Both the position numbers and the translations under genes were made by a program. Source: a virus. From it: a DNA stretch of 64,000 nt. The stretch lies in the IMG/VR virus record IMGVR_UViG_3300045988_157568; one strand, 5' to 3'. Under the pieces are notes generated by a model. That model ran no database searches. It was not told the DNA's origin and saw nothing but the letters and a program-made list of their open reading frames with translations. The first letter of the stretch is position 1, and the number at the start of each line of letters is the position of its first letter. Shown here in pieces: positions 51,232-61,092 of this stretch.

Positions 51232-52818
51232 CTACAAATATCCCCTACCAAACAACTTTTGGCTATTTTGTGAATTATTCATAAAACGAAAACCAAGTTT
51301 TTGGTATCTTTTTATTCTTGTCTTTATATGTCCTGACAATATAGCCACATCACTTAAATTATAATCGTATACAGTTGCTCTTTGTGCTTTACCGTCTGCA
51401 ATACGCCTTACTCTGCCTACCGCCTGTTCAACAGACTTACCATTATTTAAACTACCGACTAAAAAGGCTACTTCCCACGCCTTTACATTAGTGCCTTCTG
51501 TTGACTTTGAATATGTAGTTAATGTAACAAGAGCGTCTTTATTTTCGGCTCGTGTTAAAGCCGTTTCAAGCTCACTCTTTGTGCAGTCACCATTATATAT
51601 CTGTAAAGTATCTTCATCAATGCCATTTCGTTTTAAAATGTTTAAATAAGCTACACAATGTTCCTTTTGTCTAAAGAACATAATACAACTCTTACCTTTG
51701 TCGACACATTCCTTGACATCTTGAACCACTGTTTTAACAAAATCTTTTTGAAATAGCACTTGTGTTTCAATATCCATATAAGATATTTTAGGTCGGCTTT
51801 TATAAGGTATGCTTGTAAAGCGTATTTCACCGTCATTTAGCTTATAATTCCTGTCAGCATTATAATTAACCACTGAATATACTTTTTGATTTCTTGCCCC
51901 CTTTCTGACTGAATAAACAGGGTTAAAATAGGCGTCAGGTTTTCGTATGTTCACATCAACAGGCAATATGTCACCGTCTTGTGCGTCTGCACTACATTCA
52001 AAGCAAAAGTCACCTAAAAATAAAGTCATTAGTGCAGCAAGTCCGTCACTACGTTCGGGTGTAGCTGTCAAACCGAGTTTATATCTACTTTTAAACTCAT
52101 TTATGAGGTCATAGCTACTTGACGGACAATGATGACATTCATCTATAATAACAAACCCAAATTCATCTGTAAGAGCCTTTAAATCCTGCTCCAAATATCT
52201 ATTCAACGTTTGTACTGTTGCAAGAGTTATTTGTTCTCCAACTTCTTTCTTACCGTTACCTATAATGCCACATTTTACTTTGCCGTCAAAACACAATTCA
52301 ATGTCTTTCTTCCAACCCCTTATCAAGTCAGTCTTGTGCATTATTACAAGAGTTTTTTGCTTTAATGCTTGTGCAAGATAAATACCTACAATAGACTTGC
52401 CTTTACCTGTCGGCATTTTTATCATACCCTTTGCACTGCCCTTTTCCTTATTCAATTTCAAGTAAGCGTCAGTCGCTTCAACCTGCGTATCTCGTAAGGT
52501 CAGCATAAATTTAGGATATGTAACGGCATTTGTTATTCGGTTATCTAAAACAATGTCGTCATCATTTATAAAACGTACATAATCAAAACCGACTGGGACA
52601 CTTATACCACCTTTACTTACTTCATAGTATGTGAGATAACGTGGTATTGATATACTTGCATATCGTGAAAATCTCTTTGCATTAACATACGCTGGATTGT
52701 CGAAAGTAAGCATATCTTTTATTTTAATCTGTTCTTCTCCCGAAGTCTTTAATAAAATTCTATTAGATACTATTACCTTTGCTTCCTTTGTATATTTCGC
52801 TTTTTTCTTTAACTTCAA
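51232..52818 (-). CDS. Superfamily-2 DEAD/DEAH-box DNA helicase
   Basis: MPTGKGKS (motif I), IIDECHH (motif II), LTATPER (motif III), C-terminal QAVGRVRR (motif VI). Confidence 0.8.
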   Translation of the reverse strand: MKLKKKAKYTKEAKVIVSNRILLKTSGEEQIKIKDMLTFDNPAYVNAKRFSRYASISIPRYLTYYEVSKGGISVPVGFDYVRFINDDDIVLDNRITNAVTYPKFMLTLRDTQVEATDAYLKLNKEKGSAKGMIKMPTGKGKSIVGIYLAQALKQKTLVIMHKTDLIRGWKKDIELCFDGKVKCGIIGNGKKEVGEQITLATVQTLNRYLEQDLKALTDEFGFVIIDECHHCPSSSYDLINEFKSRYKLGLTATPERSDGLAALMTLFLGDFCFECSADAQDGDILPVDVNIRKPDAYFNPVYSVRKGARNQKVYSVVNYNADRNYKLNDGEIRFTSIPYKSRPKISYMDIETQVLFQKDFVKTVVQDVKECVDKGKSCIMFFRQKEHCVAYLNILKRNGIDEDTLQIYNGDCTKSELETALTRAENKDALVTLTTYSKSTEGTNVKAWEVAFLVGSLNNGKSVEQAVGRVRRIADGKAQRATVYDYNLSDVAILSGHIKTRIKRYQKLGFRFMNNSQNSQKLFGRGYL

Positions 52819-52844
52819 ACTTCCACTCCCTTTCAGTAAATACT

Positions 52845-52873
52845 ATTGTAGCACAACTTATAAGTCTTGTCAA
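52845..52873 (-). promoter_or_regulatory. SigA-type promoter
   Basis: TTGACA = 52868-52873, TACAAT = 52845-52850, 17-nt spacer. Confidence 0.65.
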
Positions 52874-52907
52874 CAAAAGAAAATCCTCACTTCAAAAGAA
52901 ATGAGGA
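52874..52907 (-). terminator. Weak intrinsic terminator overlapping the next -35
   Basis: 6-bp stem tcctca / tgagga (52884-52907), 12-nt loop, then TTTTCTTTTG on the minus strand. Lies after the holin gene. Confidence 0.4.
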
Positions 52908-52931
52908 CTTTACTTTAAATGTATGTATAAA

Positions 52932-53198
52932 TTATGAGTTTGGCTTTGTGTAAGTCTTAGCCTGTTCACTATCGCCAATACCCTTTGTCGTTGGGTCATT
53001 CAAAACGCCCCAAACGGCTACCACGATTGTCCATAGTACATATGGATTGCTGAAAGTCTTAACTATAAGCTCACCAAGCATACTCCAAGAAGTAATGTCA
53101 GACGCTTGTAAACTAAAAGCACTTCCAACTACCGAAAGGATAACAACAATAAGCTGTACCCAAAATACAGGGTTCTTCATTCTTACCTTTAAGTTCAT
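52932..53198 (-). CDS. Holin (phage_holin_1 / phiLC3-type)
   Basis: Two to three TM segments and the characteristic C-terminal NDPTTKGIGDSEQAKTYTKP. Confidence 0.8.
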   Translation of the reverse strand: MNLKVRMKNPVFWVQLIVVILSVVGSAFSLQASDITSWSMLGELIVKTFSNPYVLWTIVVAVWGVLNDPTTKGIGDSEQAKTYTKPNS

Positions 53199-53221
53199 AA
53201 CATCTCACCACCTTTCACCGA

Positions 53222-54034
53222 CTATTTTATTAGACCTAAGCGGTCAAGATAACAAATAGTCTTTAATAGGTCATTAGTTAGACCTAAGCCTTCCCCTTCA
53301 CCTGAAATTACACCCTTGTCCATAAGTTTTTGTACAGACGGTTTAGCCCAATCAGGCATATTGCCGTCAACATAATTATAAACAAAGTTTTGGTTCATAA
53401 GCCACTCAACTTGTTTTTCAAGGCTCTCAACCTTACCAGTAAGAGTAGCTACTTGTTTTTCAAGCTCTGCTATTTTTGCCATATCTTCTTCACTCTCCTT
53501 ATTTGTATTTGCAGGGTGTTCCCCTACAACACCTTTGTATATTGCTCTCGCAAATGTTTCAGCACCTAAATTTCGGTACATTTCAACATCAGCTTGACTG
53601 TCCACAAAACAACACTCTACAAGCATTGCCTTAGCATTGCTTCTATGTACAACGTATAAATGTGAGCCGTCTTTTATTCCCCTATTTTTATAACCGAGGT
53701 CGGCTATTGCTTGTGCTGTATCTTCTGCTGCGTCAAAAACTTCCCCTTTATATGTCCACACTTCAACACCTGTTCCACCACCTGAATTAAAGTGAATTGA
53801 GATAAACAAATCAAGGGTTTGTGCATTAGCTTTCGCACATATCTTTCGTAGATTTTCAGAAACTGACTTAGAATAATCATCTGTACAATCTACAACTATA
53901 TGTCCATTCTCTCTAAAAATCTTTTCAAGGGCATATCCTACTTCTCTTGTTTCAACACTTTCGTCAAGAAAACCGACAACGCCACAACCAGTAGTACCTG
54001 ATACTGTATGTCCACAGTTTATTCCTACTCTCAT
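53222..54034 (-). CDS. N-acetylmuramoyl-L-alanine amidase endolysin (Amidase_3) with coiled-coil linker and SLH-like C-terminus
   Basis: MRVGINCGHT, ISIHFNSGGG, VECCFVDS blocks. C-terminal DWAKPSVQKLMDKGVISGEGEG...L resembles an SLH repeat. Start ATG 54034. Confidence 0.8.
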   Translation of the reverse strand: MRVGINCGHTVSGTTGCGVVGFLDESVETREVGYALEKIFRENGHIVVDCTDDYSKSVSENLRKICAKANAQTLDLFISIHFNSGGGTGVEVWTYKGEVFDAAEDTAQAIADLGYKNRGIKDGSHLYVVHRSNAKAMLVECCFVDSQADVEMYRNLGAETFARAIYKGVVGEHPANTNKESEEDMAKIAELEKQVATLTGKVESLEKQVEWLMNQNFVYNYVDGNMPDWAKPSVQKLMDKGVISGEGEGLGLTNDLLKTICYLDRLGLIK

Positions 54035-54045
54035 AAAATCACTCC

Positions 54046-54474
54046 TCAATACTCAAAATCTTTCATAATCAATATATGAGTAAAATCAGTATCTTCAACA
54101 GACACCTTTATCACACCATTTTTTTCATCAGCGTAAATGCAAGTATCGTTTCCTATGTACACGCCCACTTCTCCAAATTTATACAATAATGCACCTATAG
54201 GTGCGTCCTTTAGCTTGCTCATAGGAAGAACACTACCTGCACTGTAATAAAGCATTTCAGCACTTAACGGCTTATTAGTATACCATTGTACTAAACCGTC
54301 ATTATCTACGCAAACTTTGTTTGTAAACTCTGATAAATCACTATCGTAATCTTTTGGAAATATATCTAAAAGACTTTTAGCTATTTCAGGCTTTAACATT
54401 GCACCCTTCATATGCTTTACATACGGAGTGCCAATTTTTGTTTCAACAAATTCTTTTAGTCCCTGCCCTGTCAT
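54046..54474 (-). CDS. possible NlpC/P60-like protein with atypical catalytic positions
   Basis: KIGTPYV ... VCVDNDGLV ... GEVGVYIGND resembles the G.PY / DCSGLV / GHVGIYIG blocks, but with E where His is expected. Confidence 0.3.
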   Translation of the reverse strand: MTGQGLKEFVETKIGTPYVKHMKGAMLKPEIAKSLLDIFPKDYDSDLSEFTNKVCVDNDGLVQWYTNKPLSAEMLYYSAGSVLPMSKLKDAPIGALLYKFGEVGVYIGNDTCIYADEKNGVIKVSVEDTDFTHILIMKDFEY

Positions 54475-54518
54475 TACTACCACCTCATTCCAAGATATAT
54501 TCTGCTTAATGGGAGTGC

Positions 54519-54836
54519 TTAATTACTGCATAAATGGAGTGCCTGATGAAGTTCTTTAACTTCTTCACTTAGTCCGTCAATACGGTGATGTGCTGACTTT
54601 ACGCTTTCGTCCATTCTACCAAATTTTTCAGTAAGTTCACGCTGAAAAACATCATAGTCGGACTGCTTTTTCTTTATATCATCAATACCTGATTTTATAT
54701 AGCCGATTTCATTGAGAATAATACCTTCTTCTCTATTGTCTTGACGTGAGTTACGTCTTACCGTAGATATTCCAAAAAGTATTGAAAATAATGTGCCTGC
54801 TATACTGATGATAACAGCTATTGTTGATAAAGGCAT
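54519..54836 (-). CDS. XhlA-like membrane protein (lysis-associated)
   Basis: N-terminal TM helix plus coiled coil. Position as in the PBSX xhlA-xhlB-xlyA cassette. Confidence 0.45.
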   Translation of the reverse strand: MPLSTIAVIISIAGTLFSILFGISTVRRNSRQDNREEGIILNEIGYIKSGIDDIKKKQSDYDVFQRELTEKFGRMDESVKSAHHRIDGLSEEVKELHQALHLCSN

Positions 54837-54963
54837 AAAGATACACTCCTTTCTTTGCTTATTCACCTAAATTATAACATTAGAGAACCTAATTGTAAAG
54901 TAGTTTAGCATAAATACTTTAAATCAAGTTCTCTAATTCGTTCGACTTTATTTTCTTAGTAAG

Positions 54964-55128
54964 CTATTCAGATAAATTATTAATTTGTGCAACTAACTCT
55001 TTGTAGTCATCATCTGTTAAACCGCCTGACAAAACAAGCACATCAAATTTTTCAAGCATTTTTTCTTTGCTCATTTTTCCGACGGCTACAATTTTCTTGC
55101 ACAATCCATATGAACGTCCGTGTTCCAT
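54964..55128 (-). CDS. XkdX-like small protein, 54 aa (not in ORF track)
   Basis: ATG 55128 after GGAGGTG; MEHGRSYGLCKKIVAVGKMSKEKMLEKFDVLVLSGGLTDDDYKELVAQINNLSE. The G.(I/L)T.(E/D)(E/D)Y..(I/L) pattern is typical of XkdX. Confidence 0.6.
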   Translation of the reverse strand: MEHGRSYGLCKKIVAVGKMSKEKMLEKFDVLVLSGGLTDDDYKELVAQINNLSE

Positions 55129-55140
55129 ATTTAGCACCTC

Positions 55141-55566
55141 CTATTCCGTTATCCCCATTTCCAACATTGCTACCCTTACATCTATGTCAAGCATAAACTC
55201 ATCTGTATATTCGGGCAAAGACGCTTCGTATGCCTCTTTACTGCCATACTTGACTATTTCAGCTATTTCCGTGCAAGGGTCATTAGTTCTAAGTTTTATA
55301 CCTTCTAACCAAGTATAAGGGTTATTTAACCTTTCAGTACTTTGTATGGACATAAGCATATGCTTATCCACAAAGTGGGACTTGAACAATCTTACCTCAG
55401 TTTCATTTCGGAAGCTATGTTCCTCTATAAAATAGTTTTCGGGGTCGTCACAAAGAGGTTTATTCAAAAAATCTCTTGATTTAAGTACCTTTAGAAATAC
55501 TAAATACTCCTGACATTTTACAGTGTTTCCGTCAACCTTAAAGTATTTATAAATTGTATCACTCAT
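55141..55566 (-). CDS. hypothetical protein, tail-fibre accessory by position
   Basis: ORF overlapping the 3' end of the fibre gene. Confidence 0.5.
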   Translation of the reverse strand: MSDTIYKYFKVDGNTVKCQEYLVFLKVLKSRDFLNKPLCDDPENYFIEEHSFRNETEVRLFKSHFVDKHMLMSIQSTERLNNPYTWLEGIKLRTNDPCTEIAEIVKYGSKEAYEASLPEYTDEFMLDIDVRVAMLEMGITE

Positions 55567-58500
55567 TATTTGTTCCCTCCGTATCTATAAATTCAGGTTT
55601 TACCATAGAAGTTACAGTACTTGTATCTATGGTTTTTGCAGAAGAAGATGACCCTGAACCTTTATAGTTTATCCTATTTACATAACAGGCTTCCAAAAAG
55701 GCATAATCACGTAATTCAAGTTGGTGGTCGGAAGTAAGGAATAGCTTACTATTAGAAATTAGTGCACAAGTTGGTATAATTGATGTCTTAGAACTGCTAC
55801 TCAAAACCAAGTCAATATGACCTGCGTGAGAACAACTAAAACTTCCTCCGTCTAATATCTCAATTTTACAACTGTCAAGGCTCGGTCTAAATCCATTAGG
55901 TGTATTATCATACCATTCTTGTGCAAATTCTCGGCAACGTATCTGCGTACCTAAGAATGTAATAGGTGAACTATGCAGTATGTAGGACTTACCGTGATTA
56001 CTTGTATCTTTTTTAGTGTTAGTTATCCAACCTCCTGTCATAGTACCTTTACTGTCATAGAACACACCGTTATTTACTGGGTTTTTACCTGTAAACCAAA
56101 TATGTGTATTTAGCAGTTCAACTGTACTTTCACCAAATACCCAAAAACAGTCATAAAGTTCACCCCACCCCGAATTTGGCATATCAATGCTTACATCTGT
56201 ATTAATCATTTTAACCTTACATTTAAAAAATAATCTCCAAATACTCTGATACGCTGTGCGTTTTGTAATAGTGCAGTTTTCAAAAGTAAGATTAAAATTC
56301 TCAAATGCACCAACATATCCCTCTGTGTCTTTATTTGGACTGGCAAAATCGACAGCTATATCTCTAAAGATTGCTTTATTCGAAACTCCAATAGAAGTGG
56401 TATCATATCTTAATAGCCCCTGTGACCTAACATATAGAGATACATTTCCTGCTCCCTCAAATACTATTGAAGAAAATAAGGTTAATTCTCCGTCTATAAA
56501 GTAATCTCCGTCTAAAAAACGAATTTTGGCACTTGCACCTTGTGAGGCTAAATTGATTGCTCGTTGTATGATAGTTGTGTCGTTTGTTCCGTCACAAAGA
56601 AAATCGCATATAGTATCATTTGGATAAGTTATTGCCCCACCCATTAGTGTAGTTCCGATTGTTATATAAGAGTTATTCCTGTGACTATATTGAGGATAAC
56701 CTGATGTACCAACACATACCCAATAAGTTCCGTCATATACAAACTCTAATATATCTCCTGCACACCAAGTATTCACTGCTTTTTGTATGCGAGTTCCTGA
56801 TGAAGATGAAACGTTGTAAAAACTATTAGGTAGAAATGTCACCATACTTTTTGCTCCTGTACCTGATATATTTAAAGTTGGAGCCGAATTGGCACAAGTA
56901 TTATTAAACTTAATAAACACTCTTACTCCTGTAATTAGTTTAAAGTTTGTTATACTTACTGTCTTAGCTTGTGTACCACTTGCTGTACTGCAAGTAGCAT
57001 ATAATGGTCCTTGCCATACAGGAGCACCACTACCATTACTAATCAGATTATACCCTGCTGTGCCTGCACTCGTTGGAGCATACCAAGTTTCACCAGCAGC
57101 CGCAGAACCATCATACCTTACAGTTCCGCCATTTAGATATAGCTCTAAGTAATAAGGGTTTTTTAATGACGTTGGCTTGTTTAATAGGTCAGTATATGAA
57201 CCTGTAAACGCTATCGTTTTTAAGTCGGAAAACCACTTTTTAATCTTTCCGAAAATTGTGGCAAGTGTTTCACCACTATTTATGTTTGTACGACTTGAAG
57301 CGGCCGTAAAAGTAGGTGTTTGGTTATTTGTGGTTACGTTAGGTACATTCCCTAAATCTATGTCTGCTTTAGTGACTGTCACATCACCTGTTCTACCTTG
57401 TACAGAAGTCACTTTATTTACTTCTGCACCTTCCTCAATGCCGTTTAATCTTGCAGTTACTTCATCAATACCTGTATAGCCATTAGATATAAAACCCTTG
57501 TCTAATTTACTGTCTGCCGTTTCTTGTGCTTTTTCAGCAGCATTTACACCTTCAACCGCTTTTTCATAAGCGGTTTTTACTGCGTTAGGTGTAGCAGCAA
57601 AGCCTGACCGTGTATCAGCAGTGCTATTTATACCGTTAAACAATTTGAGGTGCCCATACACTTCTCTATCTCCTATACCATAATCCTCAGATGAGCTTGC
57701 GTGAGTTTTTGGGGCTTTACCGTCTAAAGCTTTTCTGGTGGCGGTTGAGATAGGCTTATCTGCGTCAGAAGTATCATCAACATTACCTAAACCTACTTGA
57801 CTTTTTGTCACACTATGTGGGTTGTTTGTATTTGCTAAATGACTGATTAAATCAACTATCGCCTTTTTTATCTTGCCAAATAGAGTTGATAATTTCTCAC
57901 CGCTATTTATTTCACTTAAAGTAGAACTTTGAGTAAATGTAGGGGTTTGATTATCTGTTGTCACATTTGGTACATTTCCTAACCCAACTTGCTGTGCAGT
58001 CACCTTATGTGGATTTTCTGTATTTTTGGTGTGTTCATTAAGAGTATTTAGGGTTTCATCTGTAACAAGTTTATAATCATCAAACTGTTTAGCTGTCACA
58101 ATACCTGTAAATTCCATTTCTATTGAAATAGTTTCGGTTGTTGCTATTGCAATATAAAAGCCAAAATTAAGTAAGGTTGGCGTTACAGGTGCGGGTATCA
58201 CTGGCAGTGTATCACCTGCATACTGAACAATAGTAAACAATATTTCTTCTGTACTACCCTCAAGTCTTGCAAACACACCTAACTGACCTAAAGGATATTC
58301 TTCTTTTATATTTCTATCTTCTCTTTGGTTATCAAGTTGTACTTGTATAAGAGCCTGACCGTACTGGTCTGAATTACTTGAAGTAATAGGCTTTAAACCT
58401 GTAATGTTCAAATTCTCAACAAAACCTGATGTACCGCCTGTCGCTCCGTCTGATGTAGCAAGGTCAGTACGTTCTTTAAGATACTCAACAGAAGTATTTG

Positions 58501-58663
58501 TATATCTGTATCTACCTGTTGATACTCTTGTTATGACAATACCTTTTGTATCGCTGTCAGGGTCATTACTTTGGTTTAAATTGTAATGACCGCTCATTCC
58601 CAGACATTGGTTTAGCAGTGCTTCACCTTGTTTGGTTAAAATCACTTTACCCCACGTTGACAT
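55559..58663 (-). CDS. Tail fibre protein (1034 aa)
   Basis: N-terminal VILTKQGEALLNQ fibre-type start, NPH.VT..QVGLGNV motifs, internal duplication, Gly/Ser/Thr-rich distal part. Confidence 0.8.
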   Translation of the reverse strand: MSTWGKVILTKQGEALLNQCLGMSGHYNLNQSNDPDSDTKGIVITRVSTGRYRYTNTSVEYLKERTDLATSDGATGGTSGFVENLNITGLKPITSSNSDQYGQALIQVQLDNQREDRNIKEEYPLGQLGVFARLEGSTEEILFTIVQYAGDTLPVIPAPVTPTLLNFGFYIAIATTETISIEMEFTGIVTAKQFDDYKLVTDETLNTLNEHTKNTENPHKVTAQQVGLGNVPNVTTDNQTPTFTQSSTLSEINSGEKLSTLFGKIKKAIVDLISHLANTNNPHSVTKSQVGLGNVDDTSDADKPISTATRKALDGKAPKTHASSSEDYGIGDREVYGHLKLFNGINSTADTRSGFAATPNAVKTAYEKAVEGVNAAEKAQETADSKLDKGFISNGYTGIDEVTARLNGIEEGAEVNKVTSVQGRTGDVTVTKADIDLGNVPNVTTNNQTPTFTAASSRTNINSGETLATIFGKIKKWFSDLKTIAFTGSYTDLLNKPTSLKNPYYLELYLNGGTVRYDGSAAAGETWYAPTSAGTAGYNLISNGSGAPVWQGPLYATCSTASGTQAKTVSITNFKLITGVRVFIKFNNTCANSAPTLNISGTGAKSMVTFLPNSFYNVSSSSGTRIQKAVNTWCAGDILEFVYDGTYWVCVGTSGYPQYSHRNNSYITIGTTLMGGAITYPNDTICDFLCDGTNDTTIIQRAINLASQGASAKIRFLDGDYFIDGELTLFSSIVFEGAGNVSLYVRSQGLLRYDTTSIGVSNKAIFRDIAVDFASPNKDTEGYVGAFENFNLTFENCTITKRTAYQSIWRLFFKCKVKMINTDVSIDMPNSGWGELYDCFWVFGESTVELLNTHIWFTGKNPVNNGVFYDSKGTMTGGWITNTKKDTSNHGKSYILHSSPITFLGTQIRCREFAQEWYDNTPNGFRPSLDSCKIEILDGGSFSCSHAGHIDLVLSSSSKTSIIPTCALISNSKLFLTSDHQLELRDYAFLEACYVNRINYKGSGSSSSAKTIDTSTVTSMVKPEFIDTEGTNNE
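57236..57358 (-). repeat. Internal tail-fibre repeat, copy 2
   Basis: DLGNVPNVTTNNQTPTFTAASSRTNINSGETLATIFGKIKK parallels copy 1 at 57863-57985. Confidence 0.8.
57863..57985 (-). repeat. Internal tail-fibre repeat, copy 1
   Basis: GLGNVPNVTTDNQTPTFTQSSTLSEINSGEKLSTLFGKIKK. Confidence 0.8.
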
Positions 58664-59398
58664 TTAGCTTTCGCTCCTTTCATTTGGTGTGGACGGTATA
58701 TCTGTTTCATAGGTATATGTTCCTGCTGCACCAATATGTGGCTTAACATCATTATCCATTTCAAATATAATTCCGTCTGTTTTGTATTTCACTTCAATAT
58801 TTATATAAAAAGGTAGAATGATGTGTATAAACTCCTCTATTACCTTTGTACTATGAGGTTGGTTTAATATCTGCTCAATAGTATTCGCCTTTAGATACAC
58901 AATTAAATGCCTTGCATATACATTAGGCTTATCTTCAATTTCACCACGTTTATACTCAAAATCTTCTACGTCTAAACCTGTTAAGGTTCGTGCCATAAAC
59001 TTTACTGCTGACATTGTTCCACGTCTTTTGTAAAGCTCACCTATGTTCATAAGGAGCTTTCTTTGGTAATAGATATTGCTACCTTTAAATGTCTGTGTTT
59101 CAATGAGTTCATCATAGTCATATCCAAAACTTTTTAACAAATAAGGAAATACATTGTCTGGACAATTTTCAGGGTCAATTATAGATGTAAACTTATTTGC
59201 TACGTCTAAAATCTGCTCCCCTGCCCCCTTTTGATACTTTGTTGCCTTAGTTATACCACCACTTCCTAAAAACATTGCCTTTAGAAAGTTTAATAATGGT
59301 GGTCTTTCTTCATCAATTTCAAAATCCCTTACTTTGTATATATCAGGTAATCTCTGATAAGCAAAATCAGATAACTGCTCTGCACTTATTTCAGCCAT
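58664..59398 (-). CDS. baseplate / tail protein (gpI-like by position)
   Basis: ORF between baseplate J and the fibre. N-terminal YQRLPDIYK... pattern. Confidence 0.5.
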   Translation of the reverse strand: MAEISAEQLSDFAYQRLPDIYKVRDFEIDEERPPLLNFLKAMFLGSGGITKATKYQKGAGEQILDVANKFTSIIDPENCPDNVFPYLLKSFGYDYDELIETQTFKGSNIYYQRKLLMNIGELYKRRGTMSAVKFMARTLTGLDVEDFEYKRGEIEDKPNVYARHLIVYLKANTIEQILNQPHSTKVIEEFIHIILPFYINIEVKYKTDGIIFEMDNDVKPHIGAAGTYTYETDIPSTPNERSES

Positions 59399-59403
59399 AA
59401 CCC

Positions 59404-61092
59404 TTACCCCCTGTTATCAGTAATTACAGTATTTTCTGCGTCAAATTCGATAATTTCCCACTTATTTGATGTAATATCAAGAGAGGTATCATTTACACCT
59501 TTTACAGAAAATGAGTTTATTCTGAACGCTCTTATGCCTGTAATGGCAGCAAATACATCAGCTTCAACATCATTTATTGCAACAGTTTGACCTGCTTGTA
59601 TTTCACCTAAAAGAAAATAGTCTTTTAGCTTATCAATAACCTGCCCCTTAACTGTATTAAAGTCATATCCAGCTAAAGGCAAAAGAGTACAATTAAAGGC
59701 TACATCTTTTGAAGTGAAAGGTGTTATCTCAACAAAAGTGCCTATCAAGCCCCTTGCTTCATACATCTCTTTTAATTCAGCGACAATATCTGAATTTTCA
59801 AGTTTAGGATAATCTGCCAACTTTAAGATATTACCTAAGTCATCTCTTATCTTTGAATTTTTCAAAAGAACACATACTTGAACAGTATCAAGTAATTTAT
59901 TCTTCTTTTCAGTTTCATCTGTTATTCCCTGCAAGACTTCCAAAGTAGACAAGTCTATATCTGTATTCTCGCTGATAGGGAATGATGATGACATCATTAT
60001 TTGGTTAAACAATTCCATAGCTTTATCTGCGTAATCTTCTGCCGACAGACAACCCCATTTTGTTCTATAAGCGTTTGGGGCATTTAAAACTATTGAGCTG
60101 TTTGACTCTTTATCTACACCTAAAGAGTAAGCCGTATCTATATTGTATGTTTGGCTCAAGCCTTTAGTAGAAGTGTTTATCACTGTTATAGTTTCTGCAC
60201 CTACATTTCCGACTGTGCCACCGCCATTACGGTAGTTTGCCACAATCTCCCCCTTAGGTATTGCACCATTAACTCCGTCACCAAAGATAATAGTTACTGT
60301 GTTGTCTTGATTTACTTCAACAGTGTAATGCTTATCTTTGCTCATAGAGTCAATAAAACTACTTTTCATCACCCATTCTTCACCGCCTACGGTCAAAGAA
60401 AAGTGACGAGCTTTATCATAATTGTCAGGATATTCTATCACATTTGTTAATTCATTAACTCTTGGTAGCAAAGCAAAGCCATTTTCATCATAATCAGGTA
60501 ATGAAACAGGATTGTTTCTTAAAGTGTATCTCAATCCCATAGTTATGCCGTCACCTACACCTACTTCTTCACCCGATATTAAGTTGCCTTGTGCTACATC
60601 TACTTCAAATATATACTGCTCACTTGACGTGTCGGAGATAGTTTTCACATAGCCCTTTTGTGTAGTATCAAGTGGACTTGTTGTGTCTACTTTCAGTTCT
60701 TCAAGTGTTGTAAAATAAACTGCGTTACTTATAATAGGCTCACTTGTTCGTACAATGAAGCCTTCGGGTAGTGTCACAACTCCTTGATTAGCGTCAAAGA
60801 CAAAATACTGCTTAAATTTAGCTGGTGTACTCGGTTTAGGTGTATAACCCAACATTTTGCACCATTTAAGTAAATTTGGTCTTAACTGTGCTGTTGTCAA
60901 AAAGCACTCATTTGCCTGTGCATTTTGGTAATAGCTAAGTACGTCCAATGCTTTAGCCACTGTTTCAAGTATAACCATACCTGCGTCCGTTTCGGACGTA
61001 TCTGTATAATCAGGCAATCTCTCCTGTAAAGCGTCTATCATCAATAGTTTAAAACCCTTATAATCACCTGTTGTATAATCTATCCTACTCAA
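59404..61092 (-). CDS. Baseplate J-like protein
   Basis: N-terminal DYTTGDYKGFKLLMIDALQERLPDYTDTSETDAGMVILETVAKALDVLSYYQN matches the gpJ family pattern. Confidence 0.75.
   Translation of the reverse strand: MSRIDYTTGDYKGFKLLMIDALQERLPDYTDTSETDAGMVILETVAKALDVLSYYQNAQANECFLTTAQLRPNLLKWCKMLGYTPKPSTPAKFKQYFVFDANQGVVTLPEGFIVRTSEPIISNAVYFTTLEELKVDTTSPLDTTQKGYVKTISDTSSEQYIFEVDVAQGNLISGEEVGVGDGITMGLRYTLRNNPVSLPDYDENGFALLPRVNELTNVIEYPDNYDKARHFSLTVGGEEWVMKSSFIDSMSKDKHYTVEVNQDNTVTIIFGDGVNGAIPKGEIVANYRNGGGTVGNVGAETITVINTSTKGLSQTYNIDTAYSLGVDKESNSSIVLNAPNAYRTKWGCLSAEDYADKAMELFNQIMMSSSFPISENTDIDLSTLEVLQGITDETEKKNKLLDTVQVCVLLKNSKIRDDLGNILKLADYPKLENSDIVAELKEMYEARGLIGTFVEITPFTSKDVAFNCTLLPLAGYDFNTVKGQVIDKLKDYFLLGEIQAGQTVAINDVEADVFAAITGIRAFRINSFSVKGVNDTSLDITSNKWEIIEFDAENTVITDNRG

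Noticed and set aside
55559-58663. Possible diversity-generating retroelement target, suggested by the duplicated segment in the tail fibre (57236-57358 versus 57863-57985).
   Set aside because: No reverse transcriptase and no template-repeat/variable-repeat pair with adenine-specific differences is present in the window. The two copies are in-frame structural repeats of the fibre shaft motif.
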